A DNA stretch of 64,000 nucleotides, taken from NCBI RefSeq assembly GCF_009914755.1, contig NC_060936.1, one strand, 5' to 3'. Made by a program: the position numbers and the translations under genes. This DNA is from the human T2T-CHM13v2.0 reference genome, Homo sapiens. This document shows positions 29,142-43,313 of this stretch, one piece after another (the stretch's first letter is position 1; the number at the start of each line of letters is the position of its first letter). The notes beneath the pieces were generated by a model. It was not told the DNA's origin. It did no database searches and saw nothing but the letters and a program-made list of their open reading frames with translations.

Positions 29142-29269
29142 GCCTAGACTCATCTGTGGCAATTTCCCGAGTGCCAGAATGCATGATTGGCATAGACATA
29201 CCTAGCAGCTGGCATAACCCCCGCATTGCCTCCCTGACTGGTAGGGGGAGGGCTACCATATAGCGGAAT

Positions 29270-29665
29270 CTATATTTATATATCTCATATATGTATGAGT
29301 ATGGGAGTTTATATATATTATATATATATGAGTATATACTCATATATACTCATATATATTCATATATACTCATATATATTCATATATATACTCATATGTA
29401 TTCGTATATATACTCATATATGTATTCGTATATATACTCATATATATTCATATATATACTCATATATATTCATATATACTCATATATTCATATATATACT
29501 CATATATATATTCATATATACTCATATATTCATATATATACTCATATATATATTCATATATATACTCATATATATATTCATATATATACTCATATATATT
29601 CATATATACTCATATATTCATATATATACTCATATATTCATATATATACTCATATATATATGAGT
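29270..29665. repeat. Expanded TA-rich compound minisatellite (catatatatt/catatatact)n
   Basis: Direct reading; occupies the TA tract of the 5' MLT2A LTR. Confidence 0.95.
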
Positions 29666-30056
29666 ATGGGAGTTTAAGTATTAACTGTACACGATCACAG
29701 TGTCCCACAATAGACTGTCTGTAGGCTGGGGAGAAAGGAGAGCCAGTTTGAATTCCAAATCTGAAGAACTTGGAGTCCGAAGCCGAAGTTTGAGGGCAGG
29801 AAGCATCCAGCACGGGAGAAAGATGTAGGCTGGGAGGCTAGGCCAGTCTCTCTTTTCACATTTTTCTGCCTGCTTATATTCTAGCTACACTGGCGGCTGA
29901 TTAGATTGTGCCCACCCAAATTAGGTTGGATCTGCTTTTCCCAGCCCACTGACTCAAATGTTAATCTCCTTTGGCAACACACTGACAGACACACCCAGGA
30001 TCAATACTTTGTATCCTTCAATCCAATCAAGTTGACAGTCAGTATTAGCCTTCACA
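29666..30056 (-). mobile_element. HERV-L 5' LTR (MLT2A), 3' tip lost
   Basis: Highly similar to 26150-26529; ends agtattagccttcaca followed by TSD catgt. Confidence 0.9.
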
Positions 30057-30488
30057 CATGTCTATATCCACCAGAATATAAATTCCTCAAGGACAAATTG
30101 TAGGCTTCAATCCTTAGAACAGTATGAAGTACACTAAATTTTTATGGAATGAATGCATTCTTTGCATGGCTGTTTGCTGTAGATTGATCACGTTTAAAAG
30201 TAGGAACTATTAACCTGGGATCCGTGGATAGAATTCATAGGTCAGTAATAAAAAGAAATTATCTTACTTTTCACTAACCTCTGACTAAAGTTAGCATTGT
30301 TTTTAAGCCAATAAATGACAATAGTACCTATAACTTTGTCACTAAGAAAATCACAAATTTGCTCATATTAAGTTTGAGTTATTGTAGATATATGAAATAT
30401 TTTTAAGCCCATAACTGTTTGGAATATGGTAATTATTAGATACACTGCTAGACCATTCTATGCAACATGTAATTAAAGACACATTTAT

Positions 30489-30855
<367 letters not shown>

Positions 30856-31489
30856 CTATGCCTTTCATAGTATTCATTTAAATCTGAGAAGGAAGCTTCA
30901 ACAGGTGGCTAAATGATCCATGACAAACACATTTTAGAAGCTCCTTTCCTATGAAATGAACACAACACACCATTAAGAGAATTACTGTGATTTTTGTGTT
31001 AGATAAGCAGATCTTCCTGCTTTGCAAGAAATCAGTGAAGATGAATCAGCTAAGAGAATATGAAAGCTGTCAGTACAATTAGAAAGGGATTTAGTGTCAG
31101 TGATTGAACAAGGAGATAAACAGAGGCATAAGTAGAAATAAAGGTCAAACATAGAAGTAAAGTTAAAATATGAGAATGTACAGCAAGGGCTGAAAACCCT
31201 TGTGTAGTAGAAATGAGATAACATTGAGCCATTTGATAAGAATCTCTTAGTCTCCTTGAAAATACACAGTGAAAGACAGAAGTATCACCAAAGATAATGA
31301 CTTTGCTCAGATGGATAAAGAAAATTTCTGGCACTTAAGAGTACAAGCAAAGACCAAAAAACAAACAAAATTAAAAAAATAAATAAACACGTATATAACT
31401 TATAATTTAGTAAACTATTATAAATTCCTCATGGAAGATAAATTAGTTGCCAAAAACAAGTCGTAATTATACATAGTTTCCTGAAATAA

Positions 31490-31920
31490 AACTGTTTTAA
31501 AAAGCCCACATTTTGAAGATCTACTTGGCTTTTATTAGCAATTCATGAAATATGAAATCATTCTGTCTAAAAATAGAAGGAGCTCCATTGGGTATCACAA
31601 AACAGTTGGTTTTGACCAGGAACAAGGAAATAGAATAACACAAAAAGCAGATTGGTTAACATTAGGTTACCTCAGTTTATTTTTCTTGTAAAGGTTAAAA
31701 TGAAGGTGACTTCCTTATTATGCCAGCTCAGGTTGACTGAGCCCTTTCTGATTGGTTGCTGTGAATCTCCTCTTTTTAGGAAAAACCTATCTGTTCCGCT
31801 TCCTTACAGTTTCAGTTGGATTATATGCTATTTGGGGTGAGTGACTCCATTTTGGTTTGGTGTATTGGGGCCTAGTGCAGGATCTCAGTTTAAAACAATG
31901 GACTATAAAACTGTTACTAG
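31490..31920 (-). mobile_element. MER31-like ERV1 LTR
   Basis: gagtgactccattttggtttgg...ggggcctagtgcaggatctcagt...aaaacaatgg matches the reverse of the MER31 5' end as I recall it. Confidence 0.7.
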
Positions 31921-32181
31921 TTTTATACATTTAACCAATCTGCTTAGTAAACTCAACATCAATGTTATTGTATACATGCTATAGAGTTATATACAAATTT
32001 CCTGTTTTAATCTTTATCAGGTTCTACTTACATTTAAATGTTAGATCAATTTCACTAAGTTTTTGGTATCTACCTTGTTAATCAGAGTCCAATGCTGAGA
32101 TGTTTCTTGAATATTTTTACCTGCACCTGTTACTACAAAGTAGAACAGAGAATGGAGAATGGAGAAGAAAGGGAAACATGA

Positions 32182-32490
32182 GGCTGGGTGCAGTGGCTCA
32201 TGTCTGTAACCCCAGCACTTTGGGAAGCCGAGGCGGGCAGATCACAAGGTCAAGAGTTCGAGACCAGCCTGACCAACATGGTGAAACCTCATCTCTACTA
32301 AAAATACAAAAAGTAGCCTGGCGTTGGTGGCACGTGCCTGTAATCCCAGCTACTCAGGAAGCTGAGGCAGCAGAATCACTTGAACCCAGGAGGCAGAGGT
32401 TGCATTGAGCAGAGATTGCACCACTGCATTGCACTCCAGCCTGGGCGACAGATAGAGACTCAATCTCAAAAAAAAAAAAAAAAAAAAAAA
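32182..32490 (+). mobile_element. AluS (Sg/Sx-like)
   Basis: Full Alu, long poly-A; TSD aaagggaaacatga at 32168-32181 and 32491-32504. Confidence 0.93.
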
Positions 32491-33380
32491 AAAGGGAAAC
32501 ATGAACTTACATAATAAAACACAGGCTATTTTCAAAAACATTGAGAAAAATTTAAGAAACTGTGCAAAGTTATTATGCAAATAGAATGATGCCACATCCA
32601 ATTCTTTAAATATCATTTATTCATGCATGCAAGATGTAAGTATTACTGTGTCAGGCCCTGTGTTAGTTACTGATGATTTTTTTAAAAAGCAGACAACATC
32701 AGTGCCTTCATGAATGTACCGTCTAGGTAGAAGGCAGATTTTAATCAAATCAACACAAAATTATAATTAAATATAGCAAGCGTCAAACATTAAAAAAGCA
32801 AAGATACTTAGCATATAACAGAGATAACTATCTTAGTCTGGATTCCTAAGGAAATGATATTTAAGCTGAGATCCAAATGATGACTTGTGTAGGGGATGAG
32901 GGAAGAAAACTAGAGGAAGGGGAAACACAGGGTCAAGAAGGGAGAGAACTTGATATGGTCTAGGAAATGAAAGGTAATCAATTATGTGTACTGAGCATGA
33001 GGGAGGAGGCAAGAGGTAAAGCAGATAGATTGCAAAGGGCTTTATAGGGAGGGTGACCACACATCCCAATTCCTTAGGGCAGTTAGGGTTTAAGATAAGT
33101 AATAATCAATAATAATTAATATTGCCATTTCCACTCTCAGAAGCTTCCCAGGTTGGTGACATATTATTACTCTAATTCTATAAATAGATAAGGGGAGATC
33201 ATAGTATCAATTAGGAATTGCCCTTGGCTATTAATATCATATGTCAGAAGTAAGAAGAGCTTTAAAAAGATAGAAGATTAATTTTCTCTCAGGGAAAAAA
33301 AAAGTTACAGAGGTAGAAAGTCTTGGCCTGATCTGACAGCTCCATAGATATAGTCTAAATTGGTTTCTCAACATTCCCAG

Positions 33381-33992
33381 TGTAGGGGTAAAAAGGTAGT
33401 ACACTTTTTTACCTCACCCATCACAAGGTATAGGCACATCTTTTTGATGTGCCTATACAAAAAGACAGGTTAGGGAGAAAGCATTAAAAATATGTTTAAC
33501 CAAAGTTTTACTTGGCATGGAAGCCTTCAGAAGTAATGACCTAAAGACCCAGGGAAAACTGTGTGTTTTTACATAAAGTCTGGTAAGACACATGGATAGT
33601 TGTGGAGATATAAGATTAGACAAAAAGGGCGTCATCTAATGGTAATAAACTGAGGCGGGAACTCGGCAAAGTCTGTTTGTTCAGACTATTCTAGGCCTCT
33701 GTGTGTAGCATTCCTTCCCCCATATGTGGTAGGACACTCTGGAAGGGGGTCTTAATATTTACTTCCAGAGAAGGTAGGTCAGAGAATAAACTTTCTAGGT
33801 TTTATAGCTTGTTTTGACGGAGAGGAATTCTGGTTTCTATGACTCACTTTGGAGGAGAAAGAGGTATGAGAAAAAGGAGGGTGGGAGAATATCAGAGAGA
33901 CCTTGTTTCTGAGGCTCTCCCAGTTGTCTCCGGTTCAAAGTATTCAGCCTGCCAAGGGCATACTTTGGTGTATAATTTTCTGAGGCCCAGCA
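33381..33992 (-). mobile_element. ERV1 solo LTR (MER34/MER39 group) nested in an older MLT1
   Basis: tg...ca ends; aagacccagggaaaactgt and catactttggtgtataattttctgaggcccagca motifs; MLT1-like sequence on both sides (~33180-33380, ~33995-34325). Confidence 0.6.
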
Positions 33993-34329
33993 CTAGGTAT
34001 GGCTTATCCTCATGGTTATCTCATGGCTCCAGATTTCTGAAGCTCCAGTCATCATGTCCACATTCTAGGCAAGAACAAGGAAGAGTGAGGAAAGAACAAA
34101 AAAGGCCTATACCTATTAAGAATCCTTCACCTAAGACTCAGTCTAAAAACCTTCCATTTACATTGCACTGGCAGAAATTTAGGCATATGGTATCACTTAG
34201 TTGCAAAAAAGTTAGATATTATAGTTTTTAGACAAGTATATTGATATTGCACCAAATAAAATAGGGGTTCTATTAACAAGAAAAACAGAATAGATATTAG
34301 GTGGGAAATTAGCAATCTGTGCAAAAGGC

Positions 34330-35270
34330 ATTAATATGTTCTTTATTCTAAGTGAAATAGAAGCCATGAAGAGATTTATGCAGGGTAGTGCCTAATCTGA
34401 TTACAGTTTGGGTGAGTGTGTTTTTTTAATTTTTTGACTGCCATATAAACAATAGATTACAGAGGGCAAGTGTAAAAGCAGAGAGATCAGTCAGGGGGCT
34501 CAAGTTGCAATAGTGCAGGAGAAATATGAAGCAGGGCAAATTCTACTGGACATTAAGAAACCGTGTAGACAAAAGAGATATTTAAGAACAAACATCCACT
34601 GGATATGATGATTTAATAAATATGGAGGTTGAAGGAGAGGCAAATGGCAGGGAAGGCTTAAATATTGTGACTTTTAGGACTAGATGAATAAATAGCATTG
34701 TTATTTGAAGAACTATGGAATATTGGAAGAAATCTAGATTAGAGGCTCAGAAGCTTAGGATCAGTTCAAGACATATTGAGTTGCAAATGCATTTAAGATA
34801 TTTAATGGACGTATCAAGTAGGTTGTTAAATAGGTGGTCATAAAATAAATTGGGCAATCATCAGCATATAGAAGATAACTAAAGTTGCAGACATAAGTAA
34901 GATTACTGAAGAAAAGCATATAAAATAAGATGAAAAGATAGTCTAGAACCAAGCCACAAAAAACTTCAACATTTAGTTTCCTGTAGCAGAGGATGTGGTT
35001 GCAAGAAGATTGAAAATGCCTGAGTAAAAAAGTAGGAGGGAAAACAGAAGAATGCAGCATCATGGGAGCCAAGAAAAGAGAGAGTTTCAAGAAGAGAGAG
35101 TCTTTAAGTGTCACATACTTGTGAGATATCAAGTAAAACATAACTGAACAGTATCCATTGGATTTAGAAAATGAAGAGTTGCTTCAGTAAAGGGAAGATT
35201 GGATAAGTCGGTATGCACTAAACTGAGAGACAATGGGCAGTAAGGTGATGGAGGTAGTGGAGATGGATTG
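34330..35270. mobile_element. L2 fragment
   Basis: gatcagttcaagacatattgagttgcaaatgcatttaagatatttaatggac and ccaagaaaagagagagtttcaag, L2-type motifs. Confidence 0.6.
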
Positions 35271-35304
35271 TACAAATCCTACCACTTCAAAAACTTATGC
35301 TGTA

Positions 35305-35590
35305 AGCTGGTATGGTGGTTCACACCTGTAATCCCAACACTTCAGGAGCCCAAGGCAGGAGGATTGCTTGAGCTCAGGAGTTTGAGACCAGCCTGGGCTA
35401 TATAGGGAGACCCTACTTGTACAAAAAAATTTAAAAAGTATTCAGGCATGATGGCTTGTGCCTGTAATCCCAGGTGCTCAGGGGACTGAAGGTGGAGGGT
35501 GCTTGAGTCTAGGAGGTTGAGGCTGCAGTAAGCAATGATTGTGCTACTGCACTCTAGTCTGGGTGACAGAGGAAGACCTTGTCTCAACAA
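35305..35590 (+). mobile_element. AluJ
   Basis: ggaggattgcttgagctcaggag...gaggctgcagtaagc. Confidence 0.88.
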
Positions 35591-37465
35591 TTTTTTAAAA
35601 AAAGGTATATTGCAAAGAGATAATGAAGATAGTGAAGTATGTAGAGAATAGTGCAGGCTCTAAGGAAAATTTTCTTTTTAATTGGTTCTTTTACTTATGC
35701 TTTTTTTAAATGGTAGAGATTTAATGAAGTTTAGATACTGCTAAGAAGGATTCTGTATACAAATAGTTTCTTAAATGAGAAACTGTGATGAGATGAATAA
35801 GAAATTGTTATATATGTTTTTTATTTCTGCCTTCAAATATACCATTTCAGATCTACCTTCAAAATTAAGTACCTCTCAGGAAGATCCCACAACCTCAATA
35901 TCAATCTTATGAATTAAGAAGTCTGGCTCTGTCTTCCATTAAACATCCATCTCATACAAGTTAAAGTTTCTTCTCTTTTTCCAATTTAAGCCTTCTTTTG
36001 TTCCTAGAAATCTGCTCTGGCAAATAAGTAATTGGTTTGATCTTCCTTCGCTTATTCCTGTCTCTGCTGTTTGCACTGCAAGAAACAGAGTAGGGACTGG
36101 AGGAAAGTAGGCAAGGGTCTTATTTTTAGTGCTATTTAATCCAGTCCTGAATTAACTTTCTTGAATTCCTGATATGAGCAAATGTACAGGCTGACTTCTT
36201 GCTACCTTTCTTCAGCTCTTGCCTCCTGGAGGTACATCATAGATTACCCTGAGTGGGTCTCTGCGAGACAGCTCAAGCCTAGGTACATTCCCTGGCATCT
36301 GATTGCCTTGTGGGGAAATTATGCAACTTTGCTTTGCCAAGCGGTAGATGTGTGGCTTCTGAAATTAACACTCTCTCTCTTCCCTTCTGTTGTAAGTATC
36401 TTAGCCAGCTCCCTCCATCAGACTCCTGAAGACAAGAAGGATGCATGTATTTCTATGTTTCCATGGTAATATATATTCCCAAATATTTGAGAACTCATGT
36501 CAAGTCCTCCCAAGGGTACTTTCAAAAATTCTTACAGTGTTTGATTGAAAAGTTAGAAAGGGGCAAACAAAGGTGTCCTTTATTTTTACAAATTCCCTTT
36601 AAGGACCTTCCTATATTAACTTTCTAGTCTTCTTTTATCTAGGTTGTGGTCACTCTGTTCTTTTGGCAATTTTGTAGTAGGTGCTGCATGAATGTATCCA
36701 GTCTTTTTGCCAGAATTCTGAGACTACTGGAAAGATCCATTACATCATATTATAAAAATAGTCAAGAGAAGAGGTTGACCAGACAACAAAGAGAAAGCAC
36801 AACGAATAAATTCGGGAAGCCAAGAATGTGCAAAGTGGAAAGATCTGCTTCAGAGAGCCAGTGTCATTCTGTGAGAAATTAAAAACAGGTGTTTTTTTGT
36901 TTTTGTTTTGTTTTTTATGTAAAGGATATTCTGGTATTGTGAGGCTTTCAAATATATTATCTGTCAAGTGACAGACTCAAATCTGTCCTTTAAAGTAAAA
37001 ACAAGAGGGGAAGGCAGAGAGCAAGTATGTTGGAAGGTTATGGGAATAATTTAAAGGGAGTAGAGAGTAGCATTCCTTAATAAGGAAGAAGCAGCTGAAG
37101 TGGGAGAAGATAGATTCAAGAAAGATTATGGAGGTACAAATGGCAGACTATAATGACTGGTCAGATATGAAAAAATAAATAGGCTCAATCAAAGATAATG
37201 CTAGGTATGGGAAACTTCAGAGTTAGTTATGTTGATCCTATGTTGTATTTTACAACTAATTTTGTTACATATGTGCTATACATTTTGGTGCAATTATTAC
37301 TTCTCAGAGTCCTAGAATCTTTACTTTACAATTTATATCATAATAACAATTCCATAGTGACTTGGAGGATCTAATATATCCCCAAGAAATGCTAACCCCT
37401 CCCTCTTCTAATTTAGTTTTTCTCCATGGAAAAAGCAATTTTTACTCTTGTCTTGTAAGATCCTG

Positions 37466-37598
37466 TTTTATTTATTTATTTATTTATTTATTTTTATTAT
37501 ACTTTAAGTTCTAGGGTACATGTGCACAATGTGCAGATTTGTTACATATGTATACATGTGCCATGTTGGTGTGCTGCATGCATTAGCTCGTCATTTAC
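37466..37598 (-). mobile_element. Short L1PA 3' end
   Basis: (ttta)n then ttattatactttaagttctagggtacatgtgcacaa... Confidence 0.9.
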
Positions 37599-37619
37599 TT
37601 TTTTTTTAATGGATAGATA

Positions 37620-37845
37620 GTCAGTAGTATGTGCCAGGCATGAGTCTACCTACTTTTTAAATATTGGATGTTTGAATTTTCACAATAGCCCTATTAAGCA
37701 ATTACTATTATTATTATCATCATCCACATTTCACAGATAAAGAAATTGAGACTCTAAAAGAGGCCCAAGGTTATGTAGCTATTAAGTAGCAGAACAGGGG
37801 TTTAAATTCAAGTAGCCCAAGCTTTTAATCATTGCACTCTGCTAG
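37620..37845. mobile_element. MIR
   Basis: catttcacagataaagaaattgagactc...gcccaaggttatgtagctattaagtagcagaac core. Confidence 0.7.
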
Positions 37846-40589
37846 CTTTCTGTGCTATAAAAAGCCGTTCATGATCCCTTCAACAACAAGAAATTGCTCC
37901 ATTCACCCTAGCTTGATCTGAATTCATATGTTGGCTATTTCTTTCCATCTTGAGTTATCATTATTTTTATATATGTTTTAACTAGATTATCTGCTAGCTG
38001 GTAAAGTTCTTTCAGGCAAGGACCATTTCTCATTCATCTTTGTGCCTATAACTAAAAAGGCATAGCCCTAAAGTGTAGCTAAGATAGCAAAAACCCTGGA
38101 ATCAGAGAGGCTTGAGTAGACTGGATGTTTCTGACTTGCTGTGTGACATGAGCATAGAGCTTAAGATTTATGTGCTTCAGACTCCTCACCTGCAAAATGT
38201 ACTAATCTTTCTTGTGCTTGTGATGAAGTTAAAGGACATAATGCACATCAAAATTTGGACATAGATCCTAATACATTGTGAGTACTCACGAAATACCTAT
38301 TGTTTCCATTTTTGCTGCACGGAATAAAAAGTCCTCAATAAACATTTGCTAATTCATTGATTCCATTTTTGAGATTACATGTAGATGTGGCTGGTATCAA
38401 GCATGAAAGAGGCCATACATAAAGTTACAGGAGAAATGTCTTCTAATGTAATTGCAATCAAATATTTCTACTTTCATGTATATTGACTATCCATTTCAAG
38501 TTTTAACTTGTAAGAAACAGCTAATTATTAACTAGTATTTTATTCTTGTGCATATAAAATTAATATTCATTAGATAATTTTCAAATAATATCAGATATGG
38601 AAAACATGAGGACAACTTAAGTGGAAAATTCTTCCAGAATATTGCAATGTTTTCAACTGTAAAATGAATAATAAATCAGAAGTCCTGATTAAGGCTGGTT
38701 ATATTTATAAGGAAATATAAGAAATATTAAGAATAATCATTTTAATTACAACAATTTGGAATGGGAACTAATGGGTTTGTTTGTTGTTCTAAATAGTAAT
38801 AAAAATGCCCAGATTTTTTTTCTAAGAAACAGGTAGCAGATTCATTCATTCAATCTTGAATTATAGATTTTATATAGATTTACCCTTCTTGGATTCTCAT
38901 AAGGAAATGTTTAATAAAGGATTTTATGACTCAATAAGGCAAATAGTATTGCAAACTTGAATCTCTTCTCAGACTACAAAAAGGTACAAGAACATAGGGC
39001 TCCCCTAATCTCCAAATTGCTTTCTCCTATTACAACATGAAATTCAGGCTTGGTCAAAAAATGTTATATGAACTACACAGTGTTGCTATAGCGGAAAAGC
39101 AAATATTATATATCTATATTTCTTTCTCGAAAGTGCTTTCTAGAAGAACAGTCATTGTTTACATTGGATAGGGAACAGAGGCATTATTTTAAATATATCT
39201 GCACATCACCTTAAATGTTACATCAGCTTCTCATGTGATTTCTTTTTAGTCTTCACTTTTTAATCTTTCACTTTCATTAGAAGGGTTAGTAGGGAGAAGG
39301 ATAATACAGATGTCCTTACAAAGGATAAAATGCTGAAGGTGGAATAAAATTAGCGGTAGGGAAATCATTTAGAAGAACATTTTAATAATCTATTTGAACC
39401 TTAATGAGGGCTTGAATTAAGATTCGTTTCCATTACCTAAAATAAACTTTTTTATTCTTCATAATATTTTTCCTGCAACTTCTAGTAGTAAAGGTGTTTC
39501 TCATTAAATGGGCTTACAACTTAATGAAGCAGTAAGTCATTTAAACCTAAGACTTATAGGGACAAAGTAGGTGACAGAATTACTAGAGTTGAAGCATAAA
39601 TTCATTTCATTTCATGAGTCTTGGAGGCTGTGTGTGATTACTCAGTTCAAGCAGAGAATCTTTGAGAACCTTAAAGCAATGAACTCTGAGATAGAAGGAG
39701 CTAGCTTGACTGATTAGAAAAGGCAGAAGGTAAAGCCCCAGAGCTAGGCAATGTGGAAAGTGGATTAACACATCATGTCATGCAGCAGTGGTAACTCTCC
39801 CCAGGTGGATATAAGATGTTCCAGAACATGCAGGAAAAAAAAAAAAGAAATTCCTGAGGGCTGTCCTGATATCACTAAATTGGAGTCATTCTAAAATACC
39901 AGGCATGATCGTGAAGGGTGATAAACTGTCAAAAAGAAACAATGTTGCAGAATTTTTTTAAAAAGAGAAAGAAAAGCATTTACAAAGTATTTACAAACCA
40001 AAACCAAAAACCTCAATCAGTGGTTTCCATGGGCTGGTGGTAGAGTTAGTGAATTGACCACTTAATTATAGTAGTGGTTACACTGATGTATACTTTTGTC
40101 AAAATTCATAAGACTATATACCTACAAAATGTGAATTTTCCTTGGAGTAAATTATACTTCATAAAGCCTGAGTAAAAAGTATTAAAAGTAAATATGATTC
40201 ACTTAGAAAGGTGAGCTTGCTAATAAAATAAAAAATAAAAATACAGTTATGTGTATGATGTAATCTACATACTCAAAATTAAATTACTGCATGTGATTAC
40301 CAGAGATAACCAGAGTTTAGAAAGAAGGGGCTTAAAATTGCATATTGAACTCTTTTTAAACTACTGGCTTAATGATGATATGTATTCTTTATGTGTAGAA
40401 ATTTCACATAGTTCTGTGTCTTGAATGTGAATTTCAAGGGCAAAGATGAGAGAAATTGTGCCTGATCTGCAGTTCCTTACTCACTTCTAAACTGAGGAAA
40501 TATTTATAACGTCACAGATAGGTTTCTCAAGAAGCATACAATGACACTGAATTTAGTGGGCAAGGTGTTCATTAGAGAAGAGAAGGGGG

Positions 40590-42247
40590 AGTAAGCAAGG
40601 TTGTGCCATCAATTTAATGCATACACTGAACTCTGGAGAATGGTACCCCATTTTTGCAGACTGGTGGCTCTGGGCTGACACTCCAGCTGTGCCCTCAGAG
40701 TCCACTGTAATGCTCTATCAGGCCAGATACCTCTGAATCCAGTTGGTGTAATGACCAGTAGATAACATGGATAAGGTCCTCTCCAGCATCTCCTTTGCTG
40801 AAAAGTGCATCCCCTGATCTGATCTGATGTTATGTGAGATAACAAGACAGTGGGTCAAATAAGCTCAGATAATAGTGCTGGCTGAGGTCCTGTATGCAGA
40901 AAAGGCAAACTCATATGTGAAATACATCTATTCCTATGAGAATGAAATGCTGGCTCTTTCACGATTGAAGGACCCCAATGTAGACAACTTGCTACAAGGT
41001 GGTCTATTGGCCTCCTGGAGGAATGGTCCCATATCTGGCCTCGACATTGGTCTCCATTGCAGCAGATTGAATACTTGGCAGAAGGAGTGCCTAGATAAGC
41101 CTTGGTAAAAGTCAGGGTCCATGCTTTTGGGTCTATGCATAGCCTCCATTTTTTTTTTCCTCATAGCTGCTTTATATGTGTCCATCATAACTGCGCTGGC
41201 ATGGCCAATGGAGAAGCTGGCTGACATCAACCTAGTGGTCACTTTGAGTGCTTGCTTGTTTAGCAACTATTCTGTGGTGAATGCTCTCTGGTGGGCACCA
41301 ACATGTGATATAAACATCTTCACACTTTATGACCACTCACCTACGTTCATCCATATACCTATATTCCAGACATCTTTGTCCCCATTCTCCCTATCCTTTA
41401 CACTCCAGGCCTCTGACCAGCAGCCAGATCATTTGTTACTGCCTATGAGTTTGTTCATATCCTAACCTGAGACCACATCTTTTTTCACGCAATGTGCATT
41501 ACAAGGTACACCATCTGAAGCTCTTCCCATTAGCAAGATCTTTCTTCACCTCTGTTTTTTAAGGCTACCCGTGGATAAGGCTGCAGTGCAGCTGTTTATG
41601 CTGAACTGATCCATACATAAAACAAATTTTGCCTTTTTATCTCCTCCTTGATGGCTGTATGGGATCCCTCATATAGCTGTATATGTGGCTAGGGGAGGTG
41701 TGCTGGTGCAGTAGTTGTGGGTGCCATGGGAGTCTGAGCTAAATGCTCATGTTACTTTCTTGTACCCGCTGGTGCTACTCATGCTTGATCCCACATGCAC
41801 CATTGCCATTTTATAATGGATCATTGCTGGATCTGCCTGTGATTTGGTGGGGTTGACAGGATCCAGCTGATAACTGGCAATAACCTGGCCATGCTCATTT
41901 GATATCAGACACTCATTCTTTCCCAGGGCCCAGTAGCCAGTAGTTTTTCAAAAGGTATGAGACACTATGTTGCAAATGGCATGGTCTTGAAGCCCAGGGA
42001 GGTTTTAATGTGATTGTCTCACTAGTAATCACATTAATGCTCCCTCAGGTTCAGGAACATGCCATTTAAATAATTTCCATTATCTAAAAATAAACTTTTT
42101 TATTCTTCAGAGTATTTTTAGTTCAAGTTCTAGTAGTAAAGGTGTTTCTCGTTAAATGGGCCTCTGACCAGCAGCCTGGTCATTTACTACTGCCTATAAG
42201 TTAGTATATATCACTGAGTATTTCCACAAAGCCCACGTGATACAATT

Positions 42248-42279
<32 letters not shown>

Positions 42280-43270
42280 ATCCAACAGACCCTATGTTGT
42301 TGGTGGTAATCAGTGGTATATAAGTATAATTACCACTGCAAAATGTACTAATTATCTAATAATAAACTCTCTCTCTATATATATAGTTACCACTGATTAC
42401 CACCGACAACATAGGGCCTGTTGGATTGTGTTTCTCAGCAGGCAAGGGTGCTTACATTATAAGGACTTTTCTTCCTCTGAACAACACTGAAAGATGGCAG
42501 CTTTTCACCTAACTTAGTGTATGAGCTAGGGCAGTATTTGTAGGTTTGAAATATGCTACCAATAAATGCAAAGAGGTTAATAGACCATATACTTCCTTTT
42601 ACAAGGTAGGAGGTGCAAAGTGTAATAATGTATCTTTACTTTGGAGGGGCTATTCTGACACACCCTGCACTATTGAATCCCTAAAAATTGTACAGAAGTG
42701 GAAGATTTCTAAGCTTCACTATTTTACCTCCCACCCACAGGAGTGATGTGTCTTTCTAAGAACTCCAGTGTGTTAGGCACCTCTCTCTCAATGGGTCTAG
42801 TAAATATCGTGCTACCAGTGTAATGGGTCAGTGTGATGTTCTGTGAGAGGTCCATATAGTCAGATCTCTTCATACTATATCATGTGAGAGAAAAGGAAAA
42901 TTAGGAAATCCTTGAAGAAAAACTCTAAATGTATTGTTATTATTTTTGGTTGATTCCATATGAAAGCAAACTGGCTCTCATCTTTCCTTTCTCATTGGTA
43001 TAGAAAGGAATGCATTCACCCAATTAATGACTCCATGATACGTACTTGAGGGTATGTTTATATTTATCCGCTTAAACAAAGATACCATTTCTGGCATGGC
43101 AGTGGCAATCAGAGCTACTACTTGGTTGAGTTTGTGGTAGTTTACAATTGTCTTTCAGAAATTATTTATTTTCTATAGAAGCCAGTTTGTGAATTAAAAT
43201 ATCATCAGACTACCACTCCTGCTTCCTTTAAGGGTGGCACTAATCTCCTGAGAGTCCCCCTTTTCCCTAA
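40590..43270 (-). mobile_element. Ancient ERVL internal region (decayed pol), rearranged at 41974-42431
   Basis: Minus-strand remnants similar to the HERV-L copy (SDQIRGCTF, KWGTILQSSVYALN); gatgttatgtg/cagtgtgatgtt-type RT and integrase traces. Confidence 0.7.
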
Positions 43271-43313
43271 TATGTGACTTTGTTTTTTTGTTTTGTTTTG
43301 TTTTGTTTTTGTT

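Noticed and set aside
26927-29205. Possible domesticated retroviral protein
   Set aside because: pol and dUTPase-like remnants are split by stops and frameshifts, and gag is deleted.
29291-29677. Tyr/Ile/His-rich ORFs
   Set aside because: Translation of the TA-rich minisatellite.
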